A DNA stretch of 64,000 nucleotides from Bacillota bacterium. GTDB taxonomy: Bacteria; Bacillota; DTU025. A model generated the notes under the pieces. That model did not search any database and was not told where the DNA came from. It saw nothing but the letters and a program-made list of their open reading frames with translations. The DNA is taken from contig JBMNJT010000002.1 of assembly GCA_050951805.1 (NCBI GenBank), positions 576,001 to 640,000 on the forward strand, read 5' to 3'. Below are positions 1 through 8,881 of this stretch, piece after piece. Position 1 is the first letter of the stretch, and the number at the start of each line of letters is the position of its first letter. Both the position numbers and the translations under genes were made by a program.

Positions 1-429
1 GCCGCCTTTTCCATTCTGCAAAGCTTAGGACTAAGTGGAGAATATGGCGAGATGCAGAATCGCCTCCCCGGAGAAGTGATGATGATCGCCGCCATATCGG
101 ATGAAGCGTACCCAGATGGACGGATCTGGGGAGCCTTTGATGTAGAGGCAACAGTTCGCAATGTATCTGATGAAGATGCAAGCGATTTTAAGGTGTTGAT
201 AACAAAGGCAGTCTCGAATCCTGCTTATCTCGAGTCAGACACGGAGGTTGACACTAGCCTGGACAGGATCTCTTCTCTTGACCCGAAAGCAGATTACATC
301 CTGAGAATTCCGGGTCTGGAGATGAGTCTTCCGGAGAAGGATTACGAGGTGACTGTCGATATCATCGGCGGAGGGCGCCCACTCAAGCTCGGGGTGCGTA
401 TGGCTTTTCCGCCGGGTTCAGAAGACTGA
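1..429 (+). CDS. 3' part of a hypothetical protein, truncated by the window start
   Basis: The frame of ORF 52..429 has no stop back to base 1 (AAFSILQSLGLSGEYGEMQN...); beta-rich, possibly Ig-like C-terminus. Confidence 0.6.
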   Translation, partial: AAFSILQSLGLSGEYGEMQNRLPGEVMMIAAISDEAYPDGRIWGAFDVEATVRNVSDEDASDFKVLITKAVSNPAYLESDTEVDTSLDRISSLDPKADYILRIPGLEMSLPEKDYEVTVDIIGGGRPLKLGVRMAFPPGSED

Positions 430-1110
430 ATAGCCTTCGATCAGCACTCCAGTTTCAAACTAGCAAGATCCAGCTTTGCGGTAACGCGAGTTTCAATATG
501 GTGCAGGCGATAGACAGGGGGCACCTGGAAAGGCGGACGCATTTTCCGACGTGATCTGCGCCACTACTTCAGACTGAAAAAGGTCGCCCGCTCAAGTAAG
601 GTGAGGCAGCAATCTTGTTCGAGCGGGCGCGTTCTACTGCGTGGACCTTCCAATCCAGAGCTCATCACATCAATGACGGCCACGTGTTAAGATGGCTGCG
701 GCTACCTATGCTGATGCAATCTGCGCCAGACTGTTTTACGGTCCACATGCAGAAAGACGAAGCTGCTAGGCTGGGCCACAACATGACCATCCTGGGGTAT
801 CTGCCTCAGACTTCGGGTGCGCCACCTCTTATTGACCACGAGACATCCATTGTTGCCTTGGAATCTGGTGTAGGCATGGCGATCAGTTCGGTTGAGCGCG
901 ACACCAATTAGGAAAATTCATTTGTGGCCCGACAATGGCATTGTTGCTTAGAAGAAGCTCTGTGAAGGCCTATGGCGCAGGGCATTTCATTGAAGGGCTT
1001 TTGCAGGGTGCGTGTTTTTCTATCCATGAAGGCAGAAGTGAATCGATGCAGAGGCAAGAAGCGTTGCGATTGTAGGGACGTGTGGTTACGCCGTCGAATA
1101 GTCAATGAGA

Positions 1111-1224
1111 TTGCTTGTCCGAGCCCACAGGCCTTGGGCTCAGGCCTGAAACGGAGCTGCGGCATGTGGGCCGATAGGGCGTATCTGGAAACGGGTGTGC
1201 TTCCCGATTTGGAAAGGAGAGCAA
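1111..1224 (+). ncRNA. Moco/Tuco riboswitch aptamer (MOCO RNA motif)
   Basis: P1 TTGCT..TCC / GGA..AGCAA; TCCGAG 5' core; P2 CCCACA/TGTGGG; TAGGGCGTATCTG-GAAA-CGGGTGTGCTT hairpin with GNRA loop; 3' core CTTCCCGATTTGGAAAGGAG; lies upstream of genes with molybdopterin-binding domains. Confidence 0.85.
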
Positions 1225-1237
1225 ACACCGGATTCTC

Positions 1238-1280
1238 GGGCCGGGGTCTGCCACCTTTCTGTGGCGCCCGGCCCATTCTG
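1238..1280 (+). terminator. Hairpin after the aptamer, probable riboswitch expression platform
   Basis: GGGCCGGG..GCCAC-CTTTCT-GTGGC..CCCGGCCC stem; U-tract is weak (ATTCTG). Confidence 0.5.
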
Positions 1281-1373
1281 TCATAAACTATCGACATTTG
1301 CCTGCTGCAGTTCCAGGAGACTTTTGGGGCATTGCAAGGCCGCTACAGAACGGCTGTAAGCGGAGGTGGGAAG

Positions 1374-2681
1374 GTGGAGGAATACAAAGGACGGCAAGGT
1401 GAGCGCAGAGAATATGGGAGCCGTAGGGAGAGACAGATCGCACTCATCGTATTCGCCGCCATCTGCATTATAGCTATGGCATTCATTTTCTTGTGGCCTC
1501 GGTTTGGTAGCCGAAGCTATGTCTTTGCCGTCGTCGGTGACAACCAGGGGCGGAACGAAGTCTGGAATGTCGTGATGGACGGGGTAAACTCCGACCGTCC
1601 TGATTTTGTGCTTCATTGTGGCGACATGGTTGCATCGGGCACAAGGGCTCAATACGGTGATTTCTTGCTCGGTGCGGAGAAGCTCAAAATGCCTTTTTAC
1701 GTTGTGCCTGGAAATCACGATGTTCGCGGAGAAGGACGAGAGTGCTTTGCTCAGCTCGTCAACGATCCGCCGTACTACTCGTTCGAACATGAAGGGTACA
1801 GGTTCATAGGCTTAGATGCCTCCGAGGGGAGCATCGACATGGAGCAGACGGAGTGGCTCAGGAACGAGCTGTCCAAGGATGGCCACAAATTCGTCTTCAT
1901 GCATGTGCCGCTGTATGACCCTCGTCCTGGAGGAGATCACTGCTTCCTCGATTCCGAGCAGGCGTTCGAGCTGGAGAAGCTGTTCAGAGAGAGCGGTGTT
2001 TTGGCCGTGTTCAGTGGGCATGTCCACATGTTCAGCCATGAAGAGCGCGATGGGGTCCAGTATGTGACAACAGGCGGCGCGGGAGCTCTCTTATACGCCC
2101 CGGAAGAAGAGGGCGGATTCTACCACTATGTCTTGGTCAAGGTTGACGGTGACCAGGTGGACATAGAAGCCAAGAAAGTGGAAGTGGAGTTTGAAGAGCC
2201 TTCTTTGACGTTGGTAGGCCCCGCTGGGGAGATCGAGTTGAGCCTCGGCGAGCTGGCGCTGATGGAAACCTTGGAGGTTGAGGCCGCTTTCGAGAACAAA
2301 TTCGAGAACCTTGGTGGGAAGGGCCTTTACGTGGGGGTTCCTGTAAGCCGTCTCGTCGAAATGGTCGGGGGGATGGTTCCAGGACAGACCCTCGTGGTGA
2401 CATGTGCTGATGGATATGCTCAGGATTATGCATACGAGAATCTCTACCCTTCTGAGCTGTGGGCAGAGATACAGGGCCCGATGATTTTGGCTTACGAAAA
2501 GGACGGCGCCACTTCGCCAAAGTGGCCGGAGTCTCCGAGGCTTGTTATGGCGTCTCCGGACGGGGTATATAGCAATGAGGACTGTGCAGACACATCCATG
2601 CCCGGGCAGGGGTGGAATGTGTATGAGTCTGCCGGCGCCAGATGGGCGCGGAGTGTAAGACGTGTTGAGGTCAAGGATTAG
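1374..2681 (+). CDS. Membrane-anchored calcineurin-like metallophosphoesterase fused to a C-terminal molybdopterin-binding (sulfite oxidase fold)-like domain
   Basis: GGAGG RBS before GTG 1374; N-terminal TM helix; motifs GDNQ, GDMV, GNHD, HVP, GHVH; C-terminal YVGVPVSRLV..CADGY..MILAYEKDG..PRLV..WARSVRRVEV. Confidence 0.85.
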   Translation: MEEYKGRQGERREYGSRRERQIALIVFAAICIIAMAFIFLWPRFGSRSYVFAVVGDNQGRNEVWNVVMDGVNSDRPDFVLHCGDMVASGTRAQYGDFLLGAEKLKMPFYVVPGNHDVRGEGRECFAQLVNDPPYYSFEHEGYRFIGLDASEGSIDMEQTEWLRNELSKDGHKFVFMHVPLYDPRPGGDHCFLDSEQAFELEKLFRESGVLAVFSGHVHMFSHEERDGVQYVTTGGAGALLYAPEEEGGFYHYVLVKVDGDQVDIEAKKVEVEFEEPSLTLVGPAGEIELSLGELALMETLEVEAAFENKFENLGGKGLYVGVPVSRLVEMVGGMVPGQTLVVTCADGYAQDYAYENLYPSELWAEIQGPMILAYEKDGATSPKWPESPRLVMASPDGVYSNEDCADTSMPGQGWNVYESAGARWARSVRRVEVKD

Positions 2682-2727
2682 CCTTCGTTTGCGTGTGTTG
2701 GTAACCGAAAATGGAGGAGGTTATTGT

Positions 2728-3723
2728 ATGAGGAAGAACCGTCTAGCGTTGGTCGTGTTTCTCGCTTTTGTGGTCGGGTTTATGGCGATGCCCGTGTTCT
2801 GGATGCCTGCACAGGCCCAGAACAACTGGAAGGTCGAAGTAGTATCGGGACAGAGAAGCGTCACTTTGACAGAGACCGATTTTGGCAGGATGAAACCTGT
2901 GTCGGCTAAAGCTGCTTTCCTTAGAACTACAGGGCGAATAGAGGGGCCTGCGCTTTACAAAGGCGTACCGATGGAAGAAATACTCAAGAAGGTTGGAGGC
3001 ATCGATCAAGGCCAAGCCATTCGCGTCACATCTCGTGACGGGTACGCGATGACTTACAGCTATGCTCAGGTTTGCGGAGGAATTCTCACATATGACAATC
3101 AGCAGAGGGCTTTGCGCATCGGCGGAGTTGCCATGTATTTGGCCTATGAGTCGGATCGGGACTCCGCTGACAAACTCCCGAGAATAGTCTTTATGGACAA
3201 GGAGAAAACCGCGATCACTGACGGACATTTCTGGGCGAAATCGGTGGCCAAGATAGAAGTCGTTCCCGGGGTGGACGATTGGATGATTAAGCTTAATGGA
3301 ATAGAGAAGACGTATTTTGACCGAGCCACTTTCGAGAGCACCGTCAATTGTCCTAGCACTCCTCATCCGGGCGTCAAGTGGGAAACAACTGAAAAAGACG
3401 GTAGCAATTCGACGTACGAGGGACTTCCGCTCTGGATCTGGGTGGCCATGATGGACGGAGGGGACTTGCCTGCCGGGCATTACCGCTTCAATGATTCTCT
3501 TGCACGCAAGGGTTACAGAGTTGTAGTGGTTTCAGCGGACGGTTTCTCTGCAGAACTCGATTCGGGCCTGATGGCGAGAAACGATCGAATAATACTCGCC
3601 TACAAGAAAAACGGTCAGTATCTGTCGAAGAACGATGGCCCGCTGCGGCTTGTCGGAGAAGATCTGCCTTCGAAGAAACACCAAGTGAAGCAGGTAGTTG
3701 AAATCAGGTTAGAGGGCATATAG
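2728..3723 (+). CDS. Secreted protein with two tandem molybdopterin-binding oxidoreductase-like domains
   Basis: GGAGGAGG RBS; signal peptide ending PAQA; repeat 1 YKGVPM..SRDGY..LAYE..WAKSVAKIEV; repeat 2 YEGLPL..SADGF..ILAYKKNG..GPLRLV..VKQVVEIRL. Confidence 0.85.
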   Translation: MRKNRLALVVFLAFVVGFMAMPVFWMPAQAQNNWKVEVVSGQRSVTLTETDFGRMKPVSAKAAFLRTTGRIEGPALYKGVPMEEILKKVGGIDQGQAIRVTSRDGYAMTYSYAQVCGGILTYDNQQRALRIGGVAMYLAYESDRDSADKLPRIVFMDKEKTAITDGHFWAKSVAKIEVVPGVDDWMIKLNGIEKTYFDRATFESTVNCPSTPHPGVKWETTEKDGSNSTYEGLPLWIWVAMMDGGDLPAGHYRFNDSLARKGYRVVVVSADGFSAELDSGLMARNDRIILAYKKNGQYLSKNDGPLRLVGEDLPSKKHQVKQVVEIRLEGI

Positions 3724-3796
3724 CGCAGAGTACTTTGTTGATCTGCAATATTGGTAACCGTTCGGCAGGGCAGTATTGTGTGGAGGGCTGGCATGG

Positions 3797-4852
3797 ATGA
3801 ATCCAGGACGAATGCGGAAAGCCTACTATTTCAGTACGCGAGATCTCGTCCTTATTGCGGCTATTAGCGCCGCTGGGGGCGTCCTCAGCACTTACGTTGG
3901 TTATCTGGGAAACCTCATGAACAAGGCTTTTGGCGTGCCCTTTGGTGCCGGTCAATGGATGGCAGGACTCCATGTATTCTGGTTCGTGTTTGCCAGGGCG
4001 ATTGTGGGGCGAACGGGAGCGGCATCCCTTACTGGGATCCTTAAAGGGATAGTCGAGATGTTTGCCGGCAGCACCCACGGATTTCCAATTGTAATTGTGT
4101 CAGCTGTTGAGGGAATTCTTGTCGATGTCGTGTTGTTGCCTTCGGGAAGTAACCCTTCCCTTGGGGCAATGTGCCTCGCTGGCGGGATTTCGTCTGCTTC
4201 CAACGTGCTCATATTCCAGGCCCTGTACTTTTCGGGGGTATCAATGGGCTATATGGGGCTGATAACCGCTTTTGCCTTCGCATCGGGGGCAGCGTTCGGG
4301 GGATATTTCACTGCAGGCGTGCTTGATGCTGTATCATCCGCCCACATACTTAAGGTCGATGAAGAGCGAAGGAGCGTCCATCGACCGCCAGTTGTCCGCA
4401 TGGGCGTTGCCATTGCGCTAGTGCTGGTTTTGGCCGGCGGAGCAGTGTACTACTATGCATGCGTCTTCGAACCTTTCTGGAATGGGCCTACATGCCGTGT
4501 CGAGGGCACGGTGGCTCAAGCTTACAATTACAGACCTATTGATTTTGAAGATGACAATGTCACGGTCGTCGCTGAGCTCAAGGGTGCAGTCACCCACGTA
4601 CCTCCCACGGATTACACAGGAGTTCCCTTGGCTGCGATTCTTGAACGCGCAGGCGTGGGCGAGTCGGCCACAGAGATTCAGGTTGTTGCTTCTGATGGGT
4701 ATTACGCCGTGTTCGACCTCGATGATGTTATGCGCCGTCAAGATGTTATTTTGGCGCAGGATGACGAAACGCTCAGGTTGATTGCCACAGGGTACGAGGG
4801 GGCCTATTGGGTCAGGATGGTATCCAGGATCGTGGTGTGCGAGGATGATTGA
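3797..4852 (+). CDS. ECF transporter S component (YkoE-like) fused to an extracytoplasmic molybdopterin-binding-like domain
   Basis: STRDLVLIAAISA start, about 6 TM helices, RTGAASLTGILKGIVE; extra TM, then YTGVPLAAILERAG..ASDGY..LRLI..GAYWVRMVSRI. Confidence 0.85.
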   Translation: MNPGRMRKAYYFSTRDLVLIAAISAAGGVLSTYVGYLGNLMNKAFGVPFGAGQWMAGLHVFWFVFARAIVGRTGAASLTGILKGIVEMFAGSTHGFPIVIVSAVEGILVDVVLLPSGSNPSLGAMCLAGGISSASNVLIFQALYFSGVSMGYMGLITAFAFASGAAFGGYFTAGVLDAVSSAHILKVDEERRSVHRPPVVRMGVAIALVLVLAGGAVYYYACVFEPFWNGPTCRVEGTVAQAYNYRPIDFEDDNVTVVAELKGAVTHVPPTDYTGVPLAAILERAGVGESATEIQVVASDGYYAVFDLDDVMRRQDVILAQDDETLRLIATGYEGAYWVRMVSRIVVCEDD

Positions 4853-6320
4853 CATTTCCGGCCTTAGAGTGCGGTATTATGGCTCCTCCGAACTCGCTCT
4901 AAGAGATATTGACCTCATAGTTGAACCTGGCGAGAGCGTCATTGTGACTGGCCCTAGCGGCTGTGGCAAGTCTACATTGGCGCTCTGCTTGGCAGGATTT
5001 GTTCCTCATGCCATTGGAGCTGAAGTAGCAGGCAGCATAAGGGTTTGCGGCATTAATCAGCGAGAAGCCAGCGTTTACCGGATTGCACAGCATGTGGGCC
5101 TTGTGCAGCAAGACCCTGAAGGGCAGTTCTGCACCATGTGCGTGGAGGATGAGGTTGCATTTGGGCCTGAGAATCTCCGTTGCTCGCCTTATGAGGTCGA
5201 AAGCCGCCTTGACAGGGCGTTGGCAACGACAGGAGTATCTCATCTTCGGGGGCGCAAGTTGACTGAGCTTTCTGGAGGAGAGAAGCAGAAAGTTGCCCTC
5301 GCTGCAGTGCTGGCCATGGAACCTGATCTCGTGATTTTGGATGAACCTACAGCCTATCTTGATCCGCGTGCCACCCGTGAGCTTATCGAGCTTGTGTCGA
5401 GGATGCGGGATGCGGATAGTAGGTTGACACTCTTGATACTGGAACATAAACCATGGCGTTTTGGCCATGCACTGGAACGGGTGATCCATCTTGACAGGGG
5501 TTCTCTCATGTACGATGGGCCTATCGGCGGTGCCGCTTTCGAAGAGGAGATCCTGGATCAGCTTCCACACAGCCACAGATCGCTTCACGGCTTTGGCGAG
5601 CCTTTGCTCAGAGTGCAGAACCTCTGGCAAGCCTATGGCGAGAGAACTGTGCTTCGCGATGTAGATTTGGAGGTTTGCAGAGGTGAGATTGTGGGACTGA
5701 TGGGCGACAATGGAAGCGGCAAGACGACTTTGCTCCATACAATTATGGGATTCTTACGGCCCTCGTCAGGCAGAGTACTGCTTGAAGGGGATGATATCAC
5801 CAACAAGCCGGTATCAGCCCGGGCCAGAAAAATCGGAATGATATTTCAGAATCCAAACCACCAGCTGTTTACGGACCGTGTGTGGAGGGAGGTGGTCATA
5901 GGTCCCTTATGTCAAGGTGACACTGAAGAAGAGTGCCGTCCTCGCGCAGATGCGCTCCTTGACTCATTCGGACTCTCTAGTTACCGCGATTCCCATCCGC
6001 TACTACTGAGCTACGGCCAGAAGCGCCGACTCAACCTCGCGTCAACCATGGCATCCAACCCAAGTCTCCTGTTGCTCGATGAACCCTTTGCCGGGCAGGA
6101 TGTATCGCGAGCCCGCGATCTCATGTGCATTCTGGATGAGCTTGCTTCAGAGGGTGTTGGAGTTTTGATCATAGGCCATGATCCCGATATCATGACCAGG
6201 TGTTGCGACAGGATCCTTTTCATGCGTGATGGAGAGATTCAGATAGACGCTCCTTCTTACGAGGCTGTAGCTGAGCTTGAAAGGAGGGGCGAACATGATT
6301 ACCTTCCCGGCAGATTCTGA
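4845..6320 (+). CDS. ECF transporter duplicated ATPase (A-A' fusion)
   Basis: Two Walker A motifs (GPSGCGKS, GDNGSGKT), QDPEGQF/QNPNHQLF Q-helices, LSGGEKQ/LSYGQKR, LDEP; start overlaps the upstream stop. Confidence 0.95.
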   Translation: MIDISGLRVRYYGSSELALRDIDLIVEPGESVIVTGPSGCGKSTLALCLAGFVPHAIGAEVAGSIRVCGINQREASVYRIAQHVGLVQQDPEGQFCTMCVEDEVAFGPENLRCSPYEVESRLDRALATTGVSHLRGRKLTELSGGEKQKVALAAVLAMEPDLVILDEPTAYLDPRATRELIELVSRMRDADSRLTLLILEHKPWRFGHALERVIHLDRGSLMYDGPIGGAAFEEEILDQLPHSHRSLHGFGEPLLRVQNLWQAYGERTVLRDVDLEVCRGEIVGLMGDNGSGKTTLLHTIMGFLRPSSGRVLLEGDDITNKPVSARARKIGMIFQNPNHQLFTDRVWREVVIGPLCQGDTEEECRPRADALLDSFGLSSYRDSHPLLLSYGQKRRLNLASTMASNPSLLLLDEPFAGQDVSRARDLMCILDELASEGVGVLIIGHDPDIMTRCCDRILFMRDGEIQIDAPSYEAVAELERRGEHDYLPGRF

Positions 6321-7026
6321 CGGCTCAACTGCTGTCAGCAAACTGAACCCCATCACTAAACTGATCGTATTAGTATCGGCTTGTACAGTAGCTTTGCGGC
6401 TTAAGGAGCCTTTGCATGCCCTGATTTGTTTTGGCCTTATTCTCATTGGGCATCTTCTCACTAAGGTGAGACCGGCCATCTTGTGGCAGCGGACGAGAGG
6501 CATATTCATGTTTGGCATCATCCTTTTCGCTAGCCAGATCGCTTTGGTATGTGATGTGCCTTGGCAAACTCGGATTGCCAACGGAGCTTTGATGTCTTTG
6601 CGCTTTCTCAATGTGGTCCTGGCAAGCCATCTCTTTGTAAGTGTCACTAGCTCGGAGGATTTTGCCTACGCTCTCATGCAGGCCGGTCTCCCATACAGAT
6701 ACGGATTCGCCCTCCTTGCCACAATGCGTTTCGTTCCATACTTCAAAACGCAGGCAAATACGGTACTTCAGGCGCAGATGGCGCGGGGGATGGAAGTGGA
6801 TCGCCCCACGCCGAAAGGGATATTCCTCATGGCCAAGCACACCTTCGTTCCAGTCATTGTGACTGCCCTGAGCAAGGTTGATTCCCTCGCCATATCTATG
6901 GAAGGCAGATGTTTTGGCCTTTACTCTGACCGAACTTACCGTCGGAGAATCCCTTTTCACTGGTTGGATGGGGTTGTTATATGTGCAAGCATTGCAGGCA
7001 TAGTTGCGTCTTTCTATCTTATCTGA
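6295..7026 (+). CDS. ecfT: ECF transporter transmembrane T component
   Basis: LNPITKL, MRFVP, AQMARG and MEGRCF Arg motifs; AGGAGG RBS. Confidence 0.92.
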   Translation: MITFPADSDGSTAVSKLNPITKLIVLVSACTVALRLKEPLHALICFGLILIGHLLTKVRPAILWQRTRGIFMFGIILFASQIALVCDVPWQTRIANGALMSLRFLNVVLASHLFVSVTSSEDFAYALMQAGLPYRYGFALLATMRFVPYFKTQANTVLQAQMARGMEVDRPTPKGIFLMAKHTFVPVIVTALSKVDSLAISMEGRCFGLYSDRTYRRRIPFHWLDGVVICASIAGIVASFYLI

Positions 7027-7131
7027 GCGGAGCGAAGATCTCTTTGCGCATTGAACCTCCGTGGCATGAATGCTAACATTATGGTGCTGAACGAACGAGC
7101 CAGTTCACGGGCTGCGGAGGGCATATGAGCG

Positions 7132-7818
7132 ATGAAATATGAATTGATTCTGTTTGATGCTGATGGAACGCTATTCGATTACGACAAGGCGGAACGGTAT
7201 GCACTTGAGCAAACTTGTCGCCAACATGGACTAGGATACGATCAACCTTTGCTGGAACGATACAGGGCTATCAATTCGTCGCTCTGGAGGCAGCTTGAGG
7301 AGGGCATGATCACTTCCTCAAAGATCAGGGTGGAGAGGTTCAGGAGGCTTCTTTCTGAAATCGGATCAGATGCAGAGTGTGACTGGGAGCAATTCGCCCA
7401 GCATTACCTCTTGCATCTCGCCGGGGGTGCCTGGCTCATAGACGGGGCAGAGGAGATCTGCCGCTACCTTGCTCCCTATTACAAGCTGGCTATATTGACC
7501 AATGGAATCAAGGAAGTCCAGATATCGAGGTTTCAGGCTTCTTCGCTCACACCATACATCGACAAGCTCATCATCTCGGAGGAGGTGGGGTACAGCAAAC
7601 CCCGTCCCGAGATCTTTGAATATGCAATGAAGACCCTGGGACAGGAGTGTCGAAGCACAACGATGATAGTCGGCGATTCGCTCACTTCGGACATGCGTGG
7701 GGGCAAGGACTTTGGCATCGCAACATGCTGGTACAATCCACATGGCATTGAAAATGGCACGGGCTTAGAGGTTGACTACGAGATACGCCGGCTGGATCAA
7801 TTGAAGGACATCTTGTGA
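7132..7818 (+). CDS. HAD hydrolase, YjjG/YfnB-type pyrimidine 5'-nucleotidase
   Basis: FDADGTLFD, LTNG, KP, GDSLTSD, WYNP motifs. Confidence 0.88.
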   Translation: MKYELILFDADGTLFDYDKAERYALEQTCRQHGLGYDQPLLERYRAINSSLWRQLEEGMITSSKIRVERFRRLLSEIGSDAECDWEQFAQHYLLHLAGGAWLIDGAEEICRYLAPYYKLAILTNGIKEVQISRFQASSLTPYIDKLIISEEVGYSKPRPEIFEYAMKTLGQECRSTTMIVGDSLTSDMRGGKDFGIATCWYNPHGIENGTGLEVDYEIRRLDQLKDIL

Positions 7819-7888
7819 TTGGATGCCCGAGTTAGCTCGGCTCCATGGAGGCCCTTCTCTTTTGCTATATCGATGGCTTTGCGGAGTT

Positions 7889-8881
7889 CTAGCTTCGCAG
7901 GGCCTGAATGGCATTTTGAGCCCAACTGGGATTGGCCAGAAGGGCCCTTCCCACGCCGACAAGGTCTGCTTTGCCTTGACGGACTAACGAGTCGGCGGCT
8001 TCTGGAGTTGTTATGCCACCCGTTACCATCACCGGAACGTCCACTGCGCCTTTTATTGCCTCAGAGAGCGGCGCAAAGTAGCCCTCGCCTGTGTATCCCG
8101 GCAAGCTGGCGCCACCGAGGCCACCTGAGACGTCGATAGCGTCGACTCCCGCTGCTACCAGTTTTTGTGCGGCCCAACATGTGTCATCGATTGTGAGCCC
8201 GCCAGGAACGCCATCGTCAGCCCCCAGCCTGTAGAATATGGCTGCGTCAGGTCCGACTGCCGAACAGACCGCCGTCACGACTTCGAGAGGAAAACGGAGA
8301 CGGCCCTCTCGACTCCCCCCATACTCATCCGATCGAATGTTGGTGATGGGAGAAAGAAACTGGTTTAGTAGGTAGCCATGTGCCCCATGGAGTTCGACCA
8401 TGTCGAATCCGGCGGCAACTGCGCGTTTGGCGCCTTGCACAAATGCTTTCACAAGATGCGGTATGAAGCTGCGCTTGATTTCACATGGAACCTCGTGTTC
8501 GGGCGAAAGCGGGACGACCGAAGGACCCAAAGGCCTTTGCCCTATTGTGCTGCTGCGGGTGGCGGCGCCGGCATGGGTGATCTGAATGCCAATTGCGGCG
8601 CCGCAGGCGTGAACGCGCCGAGTTAGCTCGCTGAGGGGGCCTACATGGTCATCACAGTCTATCCCGAGCTGCCTTTCTCGGTATTTGCCCGACTTGAGCA
8701 CGTACGTATGCTCTACGATGATCAGTCCTACCCCGCGATCCGCGCGCTCTTCATAGTATCTGAACGTAGCTTCAGTTGCCATGCCTTCAAGAGTTGCAGT
8801 GTTGCTTGCCATTGGCGGCATGACTATGCGGTTTTTCAAGCTCATATTCTTTACACAAAGCGGCGACAGAAGATCTGACAA
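7889..8881 (-). CDS. NADH:flavin oxidoreductase (Old Yellow Enzyme family)
   Basis: KNRIVMPPM, ELHGAHGYLLNQFLSP, NIRSDEYGGS, VGRALLANP; GGAGG RBS before TTG 8881. Confidence 0.93.
   Translation of the reverse strand: MSDLLSPLCVKNMSLKNRIVMPPMASNTATLEGMATEATFRYYEERADRGVGLIIVEHTYVLKSGKYRERQLGIDCDDHVGPLSELTRRVHACGAAIGIQITHAGAATRSSTIGQRPLGPSVVPLSPEHEVPCEIKRSFIPHLVKAFVQGAKRAVAAGFDMVELHGAHGYLLNQFLSPITNIRSDEYGGSREGRLRFPLEVVTAVCSAVGPDAAIFYRLGADDGVPGGLTIDDTCWAAQKLVAAGVDAIDVSGGLGGASLPGYTGEGYFAPLSEAIKGAVDVPVMVTGGITTPEAADSLVRQGKADLVGVGRALLANPSWAQNAIQALRS

Noticed and set aside
615-1297. ORFs 615..911, 908..1297 and 972..1286
   Set aside because: No family motifs or clear RBS; the latter two overlap the riboswitch
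2728-3723. Catalytic sulfite oxidase / MsrP (YedY)
   Set aside because: No Tat signal, no heme partner gene, and the Mo-ligating Cys is absent from domain 1; only the fold resemblance is supported
3797-7026. Thiamine/HMP (YkoEDC) or cobalt transporter
   Set aside because: The upstream RNA has Moco-motif features rather than TPP or B12 ones, and the fused domains point to pterin cofactor
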